Shown piece by piece: positions 12,867 to 24,128 of a stretch of DNA of 64,000 nt. The first letter of the stretch is position 1. Every line of letters starts with the position of its first letter. The stretch is taken from NCBI GenBank assembly GCA_964016885.1, contig OZ024747.1:32240001-32304000 (forward strand), in the 5' to 3' direction. Made by a program: the position numbers and the translations under genes. Under the pieces are notes generated by a model. The model was given only the letters and a program-made list of their open reading frames with translations. It made no database searches and was not told the DNA's origin. The DNA is from Eledone cirrhosa. Its lineage: Eukaryota.

Positions 12867-13559
12867 ATATAAGCAGGAAGAGAGAAATAGAGAAGGGGCA
12901 CTGGAGGAGAGGAGCTCTGTTTGAAGAATGAGTGGCGGAGGGCATTTGTTCCTACCACCCCTTGATAAATCTTGCATGAATGTTGCACAACAATTTATTT
13001 CTGTTGAGCTCACAGTGCCATGTTGGCGCCATACAAATAAATCAAGAACCCCGAAGGTATCAGTTGGTTTTTTTGAAGTGTTAGGCATATTGCCTCTTCT
13101 AAAAAATATGAACATATGTGCTGTCTTGTTAGACATGTCTACTACTTTCCGATTTGTTCTTTTAACCCTTTAGCAGTCACACTATTTTATATATACTATC
13201 ATATTTTCATGGTAAAGGCTTTATTTCACATAATATCTCACATAATATCGAATCTATGAGATTTTGAAAGTATTTATTTTGAGAACAATCACTTGAGCGA
13301 CCAGTTACAGCTGGTTTCAACAGAAAGAGGTAGAGAATTCTGGCTGGTTTGAACACTAAAGGGTTAACTAACATAGTTTCAAGTATGTGTTACATGGAGC
13401 AGGGTGGAACAGTACAATGGTCTTGTCCAGATTAATGTTAAGTCAAAATGCCTTACAAGAAGCCAAAATATGATCCACATGAATTTGCATATTTTCAGTA
13501 GTATGTACATCTAAGACACAATCAAATAAAAATGATTGAAAGACTTCCAGATTGACAAC

Positions 13560-13800
13560 AAAATGTTGCAAATTGAAAAAAATTGAGCATACAGCATAAC
13601 AATATAGGAATAAAAGAAAAATACAAGCAAAAGAGAGTTGGAGCAAGAATATATGTATTATATATAGTAAGACATGGGACCAAGTGTTGAAAACTGACCT
13701 CTGAAAAAGATGAATGTCATAATAAAGATAACAAAAAACTACAGTGATGGGCAATATGCAATGTCAGTGAGAACCCACTTGTCCATGTGTGGTACTTAAT
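13560..13800 (+). mobile_element. Highly decayed RTE 3' remnant
   Basis: AAGACATGGGACCAAGTGTTGAAAACTGACCTC reads KTWDQVLKTDL, matching the RTE KTW..V..DL motif; little else is recognisable. Confidence 0.35.
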
Positions 13801-14904
13801 ATAACCCTAGTAAGTCCCTTTCTCCATCTATTACTTTATACCCTACATGTCTTATACCATCTCACACTGTCTAATCTACCATATTCTATGCAATACCAAA
13901 ATATATGGAAGAAGTGTAGTATTTAACCTGTCTGTACTTCATATTTCTGTCATCACTCCCTATTAGAATATTCATGTTTTTATTACTATACCTCTCCCAA
14001 CACCACTCATATCTTTCTTTTTGTCTTCCAATGCAATGTTGCTGCCACAAGAATTAGCCTCTTATATGTATACTGGTTACCATTTCAAAACCACCTACCC
14101 CTGTTGCTATCCACCCCTGACTTTTGCCTTTTGACATCATAGGTAGACACTCAAATTTGCAATAAATCTAAGAAAGGGTTTCAGTAATAAACATATCTGT
14201 TATTTTCTTCTAAGTTTGAAGGTGCATTATTGAAAAGTAGAGGAGTATTACCATCCTGGGCTATCTGGTTGTGATGGGGCCACCTTTGGCAGATGTAGGG
14301 GGTCAGTAGTTGCAAATAGAAACTGACTCAGAATGTAACAACCCAGCCTGCCCATACCAGAAAGAGGACGTCATATGATGAAGAGGATTATGATTAGTTG
14401 TTTTTTAACGTGACATGTCTTAAAATAGACATGTGACTCATTTAACTATGAACATATATGTATGTATATATGCATATACCAGGACATGTATGTATGTGAA
14501 TATATATATGTATATATACATACACACATATATATATATATATATATCTAGAGTGAGAGAAATTGTGTGTGAAAGAGAGAGATAGATGCTGACATAGACA
14601 TACAATATACACACATAGGCATATAAATACAGATATAGTGAGATATTAATATACATATAAAGATATGTATATATATAATCACGCATAATTTAAATAATGA
14701 TGTGCTCTCACACATACTTACATGTGTATTCACATGTAGAGATATTTACGAGGCAAAGGTGCATTAAAGTATAACTATATTGTTTCCAAGATCGATGAAA
14801 TAAATAAATAAATGATTTCCAGTGTCAAATTTGATGTTTACAAGAAATGAGATATAATATATATATATATATATTTTTTATACATGTATGAGTATGTGTG
14901 AGTG

Positions 14905-14937
<33 letters not shown>

Positions 14938-15253
14938 GTATGTTCATATATATATATACTTCCTGTGCGATCAAATGGGATTTAAATGTTTCTGTTGCAA
15001 TCTCTCTCTCTATATATACACACACACACACTCATGCATATATAAATATATATATATATACACCCATATATAAATATAAATATAACGATGATGATGATGA
15101 TGATGATATATATAAGTAGAAGGGGTATTTAATTTGTTGGAAATCCGACAAATATAAATGTTTATAACTGATTTAGAGCACTCAACAGTTTACTGGAGTA
15201 AATATTCAATGATATTAAATAAATGGAAACTATATTTATAAAACCATATTTAT

Positions 15254-15311
15254 TTTATTATATATATTTCAAGGGTACCAAGACAAAATTGGTACGCTTT
15301 CATCAGATAAA
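15254..15311 (-). ncRNA. Type I hammerhead ribozyme in a PLE terminal fragment (15116-15386)
   Basis: TTTAT-CTGATGA-AAGCGTACCAA tttt gtc TTGGTACCCTT-GAA-ATATATAT-A-ATAAA. Confidence 0.7.
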
Positions 15312-15836
15312 GATAAAATACAAAGTTTGTTTTATAAATAGAGACGGACCCATGACAATCATACCTTATCTGTTGGAAATTCATTGTATATATATATATA
15401 TATATATATATTTTCTTATTTTACGTCCTTTATATTATTGTTCTGCATTCTCCTGCATTGAACCACCTAGGTACTATGACATAACCTGTGTATTTGCTGG
15501 CATGGACGTGCATCTGTGCGCTTATGTTAGTTGATATATTAAATTATCTATATTTATCTCCAAATCACTGATTTGTCGAGCAAACTTGTCAAAACCACTT
15601 CTAAAAAAATTTTTTTTGGGGTGTTAGTAGGCGTCAGTCATCTTACCATCCCATTCCTTCTAACTAGCCTCTGTGTCACGTGATTGATTCTTTAGAATCG
15701 GCCATTTGACTTGAAGCAGTGAGAATTTCGGTACATAGAATCCAGTCCTCGCAAGCTGTTCGATCTACCGAATTATTATTATTTTTATATGAGCCGCCAG
15801 TGTCCGCGCATTGCCTGGAGACTTAACTGAGAATAG

Positions 15837-15918
15837 ACTTCCTGATGACGCAATGAATTCTCGACAGTTGGATTACATAACTGTCTTTATCCCATTGCAG
15901 AAACTAATTAGTTGGAGT
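15837..15918 (+). ncRNA. Type I hammerhead ribozyme, 557-bp unit 1
   Basis: ACTTC-CTGATGA-C GCAATG...GACAGTT ggattacat AACTGTC...CATTGC A-GAA-ACTAATTAGT-T-GGAGT; covaries with the copy at 23361. Confidence 0.8.
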
Positions 15919-16393
15919 GAAAATTTAAGTAAGAAAAAAATTTTTTTTAAATTTTTTTAAAAAAATATTTTCTTATTTTACGTCCTTTATATTATTGTTC
16001 TGCATTCTCCTGCATTGAACCACCTAGGTACTATGACATAACCTGTGTATTTGCTGGCATGGACGTGCATCTGTGCGCTTATGTTAGTTGATATATTAAA
16101 TTATCTATATTTATCTCCAAATCACTGATTTGTCGAGCAAACTTGTCAAAACCACTTCTAAAAAAATTTTTTTTGGGGTGTTAGTAGGCGTCAGTCATCT
16201 TACCATCCCATTCCTTCTAACTAGCCTCTGTGTCACGTGATTGATTCTTTAGAATCGGCCATTTGACTTGAAGCAGTGAGAATTTCGGTACATAGAATCC
16301 AGTCCTCGCAAGCTGTTCGATCTACCGAATTATTATTATTTTTATATGAGCCGCCAGTGTCCGCGCATTGCCTGGAGACTTAACTGAGAATAG

Positions 16394-16475
16394 ACTTCCT
16401 GATGACGCAATGAATTCTCGACAGTTGGATTACATAACTGTCTTTATCCCATTGCAGAAACTAATTAGTTGGAGT
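16394..16475 (+). ncRNA. Type I hammerhead ribozyme, 557-bp unit 2
   Basis: Same sequence as 15837-15918. Confidence 0.8.
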
Positions 16476-16950
16476 GAAAATTTAAGTAAGAAAAAATTTT
16501 TTTTTAAATTTTTTTTAAAAAATATTTTCTTATTTTACGTCCTTTATATTATTGTTCTGCATTCTCCTGCATTGAACCACCTAGGTACTATGACATAACC
16601 TGTGTATTTGCTGGCATGGACGTGCATCTGTGCGCTTATGTTAGTTGATATATTAAATTATCTATATTTATCTCCAAATCACTGATTTGTCGAGCAAACT
16701 TGTCAAAACCACTTCTAAAAAAAATTTTTTTGGGGTGTTAGTAGGCGTCAGTCATCTTACCATCCCATTCCTTCTAACTAGCCTCTGTGTCACGTGATTG
16801 ATTCTTTAGAATCGGCCATTTGACTTGAAGCAGTGAGAATTTCGGTACATAGAATCCAGTCCTCGCAAGCTGTTCGATCTACCGAATTATTATTATTTTT
16901 ATATGAGCCGCCAGTGTCCGCGCATTGCCTGGAGACTTAACTGAGAATAG

Positions 16951-17032
16951 ACTTCCTGATGACGCAATGAATTCTCGACAGTTGGATTACATAACTGTCT
17001 TTATCCCATTGCAGAAACTAATTAGTTGGAGT
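16951..17032 (+). ncRNA. Type I hammerhead ribozyme, 557-bp unit 3
   Basis: Same sequence as 15837-15918. Confidence 0.8.
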
Positions 17033-17507
17033 GAAAATTTAAGTAAGAAAAAAATTTTTTTTAAATTTTTTTAAAAAAATATTTTCTTATTTTACGTCCT
17101 TTATATTATTGTTCTGCATTCTCCTGCATTGAACCACCTAGGTACTATGACATAACCTGTGTATTTGCTGGCATGGACGTGCATCTGTGCGCTTATGTTA
17201 GTTGATATATTAAATTATCTATATTTATCTCCAAATCATTGATTTGTCGAGCAAACTTGTCAAAACCACTTCTAAAAAAATTTTTTTTGGGGTGTTAGTA
17301 GGCGTCAGTCATCTTACCATCCCATTCCTTCTAACTAGCCTCTGTGTCACGTGATTGATTCTTTAGAATCGGCCATTTGACTTGAAGCAGTGAGAATTTC
17401 GGTACATAGAATCCAGTCCTCGCAAGCTGTTCGATCTACCGAATTATTATTATTTTTATATGAGCCGCCAGTGTCCGCGCATTGCCTGGAGACTTAACTG
17501 AGAATAG

Positions 17508-17589
17508 ACTTCCTGATGACGCAATGAATTCTCGACAGTTGGATTACATAACTGTCTTTATCCCATTGCAGAAACTAATTAGTTGGAGT
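17508..17589 (+). ncRNA. Type I hammerhead ribozyme, 557-bp unit 4
   Basis: Same sequence as 15837-15918. Confidence 0.8.
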
Positions 17590-18065
17590 GAAAATTTAAG
17601 TAAGAAAAAAATTTTTTTTTAAATTTTAAAAAAAAAATATTTTCTTATTTTACGTCCTTTATATTATTGTTCTGCATTCTCCTGCATTGAACCACCTAGG
17701 TACTATGACATAACCTGTGTATTTGCTGGCATGGACGTGCATCTGTGCGCTTATGTTAGTTGATATATTAAATTATCTATATTTATCTCCAAATCACTGA
17801 TTTGTCGAGCAAACTTGTCAAAACCACTTCTAAAAAAATTTTTTTTGGGGTGTTAGTAGGCGTCAGTCATCTTACCATCCCATTCCTTCTAACTAGCCTC
17901 TGTGTCACGTGATTGATTCTTTAGAATCGGCCATTTGACTTGAAGCAGTGAGAATTTCGGTACATAGAATCCAGTCCTCGCAAGCTGTTCGATCTACCGA
18001 ATTATTATTATTTTTATATGAGCCGCCAGTGTCCGCGCATTGCCTGGAGACTTAACTGAGAATAG

Positions 18066-18147
18066 ACTTCCTGATGACGCAATGAATTCTCGACAGTTGG
18101 ATTACATAACTGTCTTTATCCCATTGCAGAAACTAATTAGTTGGAGT
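18066..18147 (+). ncRNA. Type I hammerhead ribozyme, 557-bp unit 5
   Basis: Same sequence as 15837-15918. Confidence 0.8.
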
Positions 18148-18623
18148 GAAAATTTAAGTAAGAAAAAAATTTTTTTTTAAATTTTAAAAAAAAAATATTT
18201 TCTTATTTTACGTCCTTTATATTATTGTTCTGCATTCTCCTGCATTGAACCACCTAGGTACTATGACATAACCTGTGTATTTGCTGGCATGGACGTGCAT
18301 CTGTGCGCTTATGTTAGTTGATATATTAAATTATCTATATTTATCTCCAAATCACTGATTTGTCGAGCAAACTTGTCAAAACCACTTCTAAAAAAATTTT
18401 TTTTGGGGTGTTAGTAGGCGTCAGTCATCTTACCATCCCATTCCTTCTAACTAGCCTCTGTGTCACGTGATTGATTCTTTAGAATCGGCCATTTGACTTG
18501 AAGCAGTGAGAATTTCGGTACATAGAATCCAGTCCTCGCAAGCTGTTCGATCTACCGAATTATTATTATTTTTATATGAGCCGCCAGTGTCCGCGCATTG
18601 CCTGGAGACTTAACTGAGAATAG

Positions 18624-18705
18624 ACTTCCTGATGACGCAATGAATTCTCGACAGTTGGATTACATAACTGTCTTTATCCCATTGCAGAAACTAATTAGTT
18701 GGAGT
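18624..18705 (+). ncRNA. Type I hammerhead ribozyme, 557-bp unit 6
   Basis: Same sequence as 15837-15918. Confidence 0.8.
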
Positions 18706-18771
18706 GAAAATTTAAGTAAGAAAAAAATTTTTTTTAAATTTTTTTTAAAAAATATTTTCTTATTTTACGTC

Positions 18772-18823
<52 letters not shown>

Positions 18824-18866
18824 AAATGAAAATCCGAAGGCAAGGTAAAATTTCCAATCATTTTAA

Positions 18867-18940
18867 TCACGACACATGTTTCAATAAGAGATAGATCGAT
18901 CGTGAAGCTATGATCGATTATCACTGATCTCGTCGGGTGA
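18867..18940 (-). ncRNA. Hammerhead motif, CCGACGA core variant
   Basis: TCAC-CCGACGA-G...ATCGATC..GATCGAT...T-GAA-ACATGTGT-C-GTGA; homologues at 28490 and 63032 have CTGATGA. Confidence 0.55.
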
Positions 18941-19229
18941 AAATGAATTGTCTTCAAATTCTTGATATGAGGGAGAAAATTAGCAATGTTCACTCAAGGA
19001 GTTAATTCCCTCATATGAAAATCAAGCACTCAAAATACGGCGACTGCTATCATCCTCAGTTAAGGTCATAAAACTATCAAGTTTATATATCCCAATAGCT
19101 ACAAAAGACGCTGGACATCAATCAAATCCGTAGAATTACAGTCGGTCACAGTTAATGTGAGTGGGTACACACACACTCAACACACCGACTCGAGGTCAAA
19201 GAAAAAAATATATACACATATATCACACA

Positions 19230-19940
19230 GATACTATAGATCACACAGATACTATAAAATATTCAATAGGAATACCATCAAGCTGTCCTACTCCCCAACC
19301 AGTAACATAGCTCAGAATATAGCTAAGATGAATTATAGTAGACTTAGGACAGTCCTAGGGGGGACTAGACATGGCAGAACTAATGGCAGCTCTATGGATG
19401 AACGGACTCATACACGTGAGGCGAGTCGGGTCACCCCAACCCTTGGGAACTTACCCATAGAGCAGACAAGAACTGAGACCCGACCCCAAATGTACTGTGG
19501 TTCCTCTGGAACTACCCAGGTCGATAACAGAAAATGTAATTGCAGGAACACCGCCACTTGCCCCATGGCTTGGAAATGCCTCACCAAAAACATAGTCTAC
19601 GACTGTAAGGTTTCGACTCTTGATAGAACCTTCAGGTATGTTGGGGCAACTGCCACTGAATTTAAGGATAGATGGTATAATCACCGCCATACCTTTAATA
19701 GATTACATTAAAAAGTAGCACGGCGCCATCTGAAAGCTTAAACAACAGAATATAGAGCACTCCTTATCCTGGTCCATAATTTGCTCAGCCCAGCCTTATA
19801 ACGGCAGCACTGGCGTCTGTAATTTATGTATAGCTGAAACATTTAATATTATTAGAGGCGGCCCCCTATTAATCAATAGGAGAGCGATTTTTTTCAGCAA
19901 CTGCCAACATAGAACCTCGAAAACCTTCCGCAGGATTTTG
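19230..19940 (+). pseudogene. PLE linker + GIY-YIG endonuclease fragment
   Basis: HRYYKIFNRNTIKLSYS, CNCRNTATCPMAWKC, NIVYDCKV, YVGATATEFKDRWYNH, then a frameshifted CNLCIAE. Confidence 0.88.
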
Positions 19941-21522
19941 GAAAGTAACCTACCACTAACTCCTCCCTCTCTACTTTAGCCATAGAGTTCTCTCAATAAA
20001 CAGACAATCACACACTCAGGTAGTTAGACAGCTAAGATCGTTTGCGCACTTACAAAGGGTACTCGGCCTGTTTCCACAGAGTTCTCACAGCTGAGTGCAC
20101 TTTAGAATACCTAGTTAGTAAATAGTTAGAATGATTACACACTCATATTAACTAGTTAGTAAATAGTTAAAATGATTACATACTCAGGCAAGACCGATTA
20201 CGCGCATTTACCATTACTTTAAGACACCCTAACCATTGAGTTCTCTCGGTTAGGATATAGCTAGACGTATTGCACACTCAGTTAAGACCGATTACGCTCT
20301 CTATACATAACTCTACACACACTACCCGGTTTTTTTAGACACGGAGTTCCCACAGTTATGACTGGTCACGTTTCTACCGATTGAACACTACACTAGGTTT
20401 TGATCCGTGATCATCTAACCATGGAGTGCTCACGGTTACGGATTGGACAATCATACTTACACACCATTAATGGGCCTACACACATCCTCTGGGTTTTGCT
20501 ATCCTTCGTGATTTTATTTTACTTTTTATTTTACTTTTTGTGTTGGATAACACACCTCCACCACTCAAACACCTATATTAAAAGCCCAAGGGCCCATATG
20601 ACGGGAAATCGCACTTATTGACACCTTAACCCAAATACCCAACCCGACACGGAGATCCTTGCTGGCATACATAGCGGTTGCTTGCACGCACACATTTGGG
20701 GACTCGGATTTTCAATGGGACAGCGGTACATACTGAGTTCGATATGAGCTGATTGCTTGCTCTTCCCATAGATGTGTATATACCTAGACATACACTTTTT
20801 TGGACGATACGGATGTGTACATACACTATTTGGAGATACGGATGTTACAATTCAATCTATACACGTATAGCAGAACACTGAACTGAACTTACTTGCCTGT
20901 GTATGGGGTTGCGGTTGACCCAATATTTCCAATTTACATCGTTAAATTGAGATTTAACCAAGGTAACATTTGTTGTTTTGTAAACTAACTTTCGGTGAAT
21001 ACTATGTTGGTATATTCTTATATTTATTATTTTTTCTTTAACATCGTTCGGTGTGTGTAAGAGTGTGTGTGTACCCACTCACACTAATTGTGACCGTCTA
21101 TAGTTCTACAGATCTGATGTTGTGTTGGTATGTGTATATATTTTTTTTCTTTGACCTCGAGTCGGTGTGTGTGGGTGTTGAGTGTGTGTGTACCCACTCA
21201 CATTAACTGTGACCGACTGTAATTCTACGGATTTAATTGATGTCCAGCCTTTTTTGTAGCTATTGGGATATAGAAACTTGATAGTTTTATGACCTTAACT
21301 GAGGATGATAGCAGTCGCCGTATTTTGACTGCTTGATCTTCATATGAGGGAATAAACTCTGTGAATGAACATTGCTAATTTTCTCCCCCGTAAATTAAAT
21401 TTCTACTACCACTATTCTATCAACTTGACCTCTAACTACTTTTCTATTGGTCAATTCAAAACCTGTTCCCAAACAGACCTTTTATATTAAATCTTTCTTG
21501 GTTTTTTTCAATAAAAGAAATC

Positions 21523-21658
21523 TCATCATTTCTGAAGACAGCATGTATATGTGAAGGTATGTATATTTCCTCTGATAATTTGTAATATTTTTACATAGAT
21601 CTATATGATATACATACTAACACACATATACATCCTAGAAACGATCGTAAAATGATGA
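21523..21658 (+). ncRNA. Type I hammerhead with long stem II
   Basis: TCATCATTT-CTGAAGA-C AG C ATGTATATGTG...CACATATACAT C CT A-GAA-ACGATCGT-A-AAATGATGA (9-bp stem I). Confidence 0.8.
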
Positions 21659-22005
21659 ATTTTTTAATATAAGGAACTTGTTCTTTGTTTTTATTTCATT
21701 GTTTTTATTAATTTATATATATATATATATATAAACGGAAAAAATGAAACGAAATTTCATTTCCCACTCTTAGTACGGCTGTTACTTAAATATACTGTTA
21801 CTTAATACACGTACATACATATATGTATACAGATGTACAGTAGTATGTATATATATATACATACATGCACACATATATATATGTACGTATCGATTCACCG
21901 AACATTTATTATAATGCTCGGTGGGTGTGTGTAAACAAACATCCCGTATTAAGCCGTAGTGTCTAGTAACCATCGTTGCTCGTTTGTTCAACACTGACAA
22001 AGGAA

Positions 22006-22046
22006 CGCTGTACTAGTTTCAAGCTTATTAGCTATCGTCAGCAACG
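22006..22046 (-). ncRNA. Minimal type I hammerhead ribozyme
   Basis: CGTTG-CTGACGA-TAGCTAATAAGCTT-GAA-ACTAGT-A-CAGCG. Confidence 0.75.
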
Positions 22047-22450
22047 TATACCTTCCTGCCAGATTGTTGAACGTCTGAAAGTATATACTTTCCTTATGCA
22101 TATTAACGGCTGAGTAGCCCAATTTGCATATCGAGTGGGTTAATCGGCCGGGTGCACCGAAAACGATAAACGGAAACGGAAAAAAGGATGTATACAGATA
22201 TGTATACATCATTTTTTCATATACTACTGTACGTCTGTATACATATATGTATGTACGTGTACATACTTATATTTAAGTAACAGCCGTACTAAGTGTGGGA
22301 AATGAAATTTCGTTTCATTTTTTCCGTTTATCGTTTTCGGTGCACCCGGCCGATTAACCCACTCGATATGCAAATTGGGCTAATCAGCTGTTAATATGCA
22401 TAAGGAAAGTATATACTTTCAGACGTTCAACAATCTGGCAGGAAGGTATA

Positions 22451-22491
22451 CGTTGCTGACGATAGCTAATAAACTTGAAACTAGTACAGCG
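22451..22491 (+). ncRNA. Minimal type I hammerhead ribozyme
   Basis: CGTTG-CTGACGA-TAGCTAATAAACTT-GAA-ACTAGT-A-CAGCG (one stem II mismatch). Confidence 0.7.
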
Positions 22492-22686
22492 TTCCTTTGT
22501 CGGTGTTGAAAAACGAGCAACGATGGTTGCTAGACACTACGACTTAGTACGGTATATTTGTTTACACCGAGCATTATAATAAATGTTCGGTGAATCCATA
22601 CGTACATATATATATGTGTGCATGTATGTATATATATATACATACTACTGTACGTCTGTATACATATATGTATGTACGTGTACATA

Positions 22687-22756
<70 letters not shown>

Positions 22757-22759
<3 letters not shown>

Positions 22760-23499
22760 TTAGTACATCTGCCAACATATGTGTACAGATGTACATTCAT
22801 GCTAGCAAATATATAAGTTATGTCTTAGTACCTATGTGGTTCTATGCAGGGGGATGCAGAACAATTATATGAAAGACGTAAAATAAGAAAATTTTAAAAA
22901 TTAAAAATCAACTTACTTACTAAAATTTTCACTCCAACTAATTAGTTGGAGTGAAAATTTTAGTAAGTAAGTTGATTTTTAATTTTTAAAATTTAAAACC
23001 ACATAGGTACTAAGACATAACTTATATATTTGCTAGCATGAGTGTACATCTGTACACATATGTTGGTAGATGTACTAATTCTCTATATTTATCTCCAAAT
23101 TATTTGTTGAGCAAAACTTGCCAAAATTTACTGCTGTTTCATGGTAGTAGTAGGCTCTTGTCATAATACCACCCCGCTCCTAACTGATTAACCTCGGTGT
23201 CACGTGATTGATTCTTTAGAATCTGCCACTGACCAGAGGCAGTGAAATTTTTTCAGTGCTCCGGAATTTAGTCCTCGCTAGCTTTATTCCATCCACTGAA
23301 TTATTATTTTTATTTGGGTTCCTAGTGTCCGCGCATTGCCTGGGAACTTAGCTGAGAATAGACTCCCTGATGACGTAATGAATTCTCTATAGTTATATTA
23401 TGTAACTATATTTATCCCATTACAGAAACTAATTAGTTGGAGTTAACATTTTAGTAAGTAAGTTGATTTTTAATTTTTAAAATTTTCTTATTTTACGTC

Positions 23500-23505
<6 letters not shown>
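22757..23505 (+). mobile_element. Diverged single copy of the 557-bp unit with an inverted 5' segment
   Basis: Colinear with the array unit (GTCACGTGATTGATTCTTTAGAATC, GTGTCCGCGCATTGCCTGG); 22757-22941 is inverted, pivoting at ACTAATTAGT. Confidence 0.88.
23361..23444 (+). ncRNA. Type I hammerhead ribozyme (diverged homologue of the 557-bp HHR)
   Basis: GACTCC-CTGATGA-C GTAATG...TATAGTTA tattatg TAACTATA...CATTAC A-GAA-ACTAATTAGT-T-GGAGTT. Confidence 0.8.
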
Positions 23506-23562
<57 letters not shown>

Positions 23563-23565
<3 letters not shown>

Positions 23566-23781
23566 GGAGGATAACCACTGGGTAACTAAGTGCCAAGAAA
23601 TCCCAGTAGAAGGAAGACGCAGTAGAAGAAGAACACGAAAAAAATGGGTGGAGGTGATGCAAGCTGAACTCAGATCGCTGAAGCTCACAGAGGAGATGAC
23701 AAAGGGGGTGATGAATGGAAAGCTGCTGTGCTGAATAGGATCATCCTACCCTTGCAAACAGGAAAAAGCGGACGTAAAATG

Positions 23782-23785
<4 letters not shown>
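23563..23785 (+). mobile_element. RTE LINE 3' fragment
   Basis: Homologous to 12665-12866; ends GGACGTAAAATGAT. Confidence 0.75.
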
Positions 23786-23974
<189 letters not shown>

Positions 23975-24128
23975 TGTGTCCTATGACGCCGAAATTCGTT
24001 TATTCGAATTCATATGATTCCAGTTCCTCAGAGAAATAACAACCCAACCAGGAGCTGGACATATCGGAGTATTGACGGGATAAAACACTTCAACAACATG
24101 TGTACCTGTCTCTATCACACCAATTCGG

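Larger units (their letters stand above)
15411..18778 (+). repeat. Tandem array, 6 near-identical 557-558-bp units + ~25 bp, each with a hammerhead (retrozyme-like)
   Basis: Unit starts at 15411, 15968, 16525, 17082, 17640, 18198, 18755; differences are mostly in A/T homopolymers; (TA)n on both sides. Confidence 0.97.
18822..21390 (+). mobile_element. Penelope-like element (family A): inverted 5' pseudo-LTR, GIY-YIG fragment, long 3' region
   Basis: 18970-19215 is the inverted copy of 21125-21390; the 3' region is homologous to 27420-28750 and to 62846-63750 (minus). Confidence 0.85.
21731..22690. mobile_element. ~435-bp HHR-bearing repeat: one full unit (minus) joined to an inverted, circularly permuted unit (plus)
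   Basis: ATAAACGGAAA recurs at 21731 and 22166; 22220-22690 is the reverse complement; flanked by (TA)n. Confidence 0.88.

Noticed and set aside
12735-13173. Overlapping ORFs in semi-unique sequence
   Set aside because: No recognisable motif, and partly overlapping an RTE tail; cannot be supported without a search.
16368-16598. 76-aa ORF in the 557-bp unit (also 18598-18894)
   Set aside because: Non-ATG start, open in only some units depending on homopolymer length, and overlaps the ribozyme.
15411-18778. CRISPR-like interpretation of the tandem arrays (also 35511-36512)
   Set aside because: Whole units repeat with no unique spacers and no cas genes; eukaryotic context.
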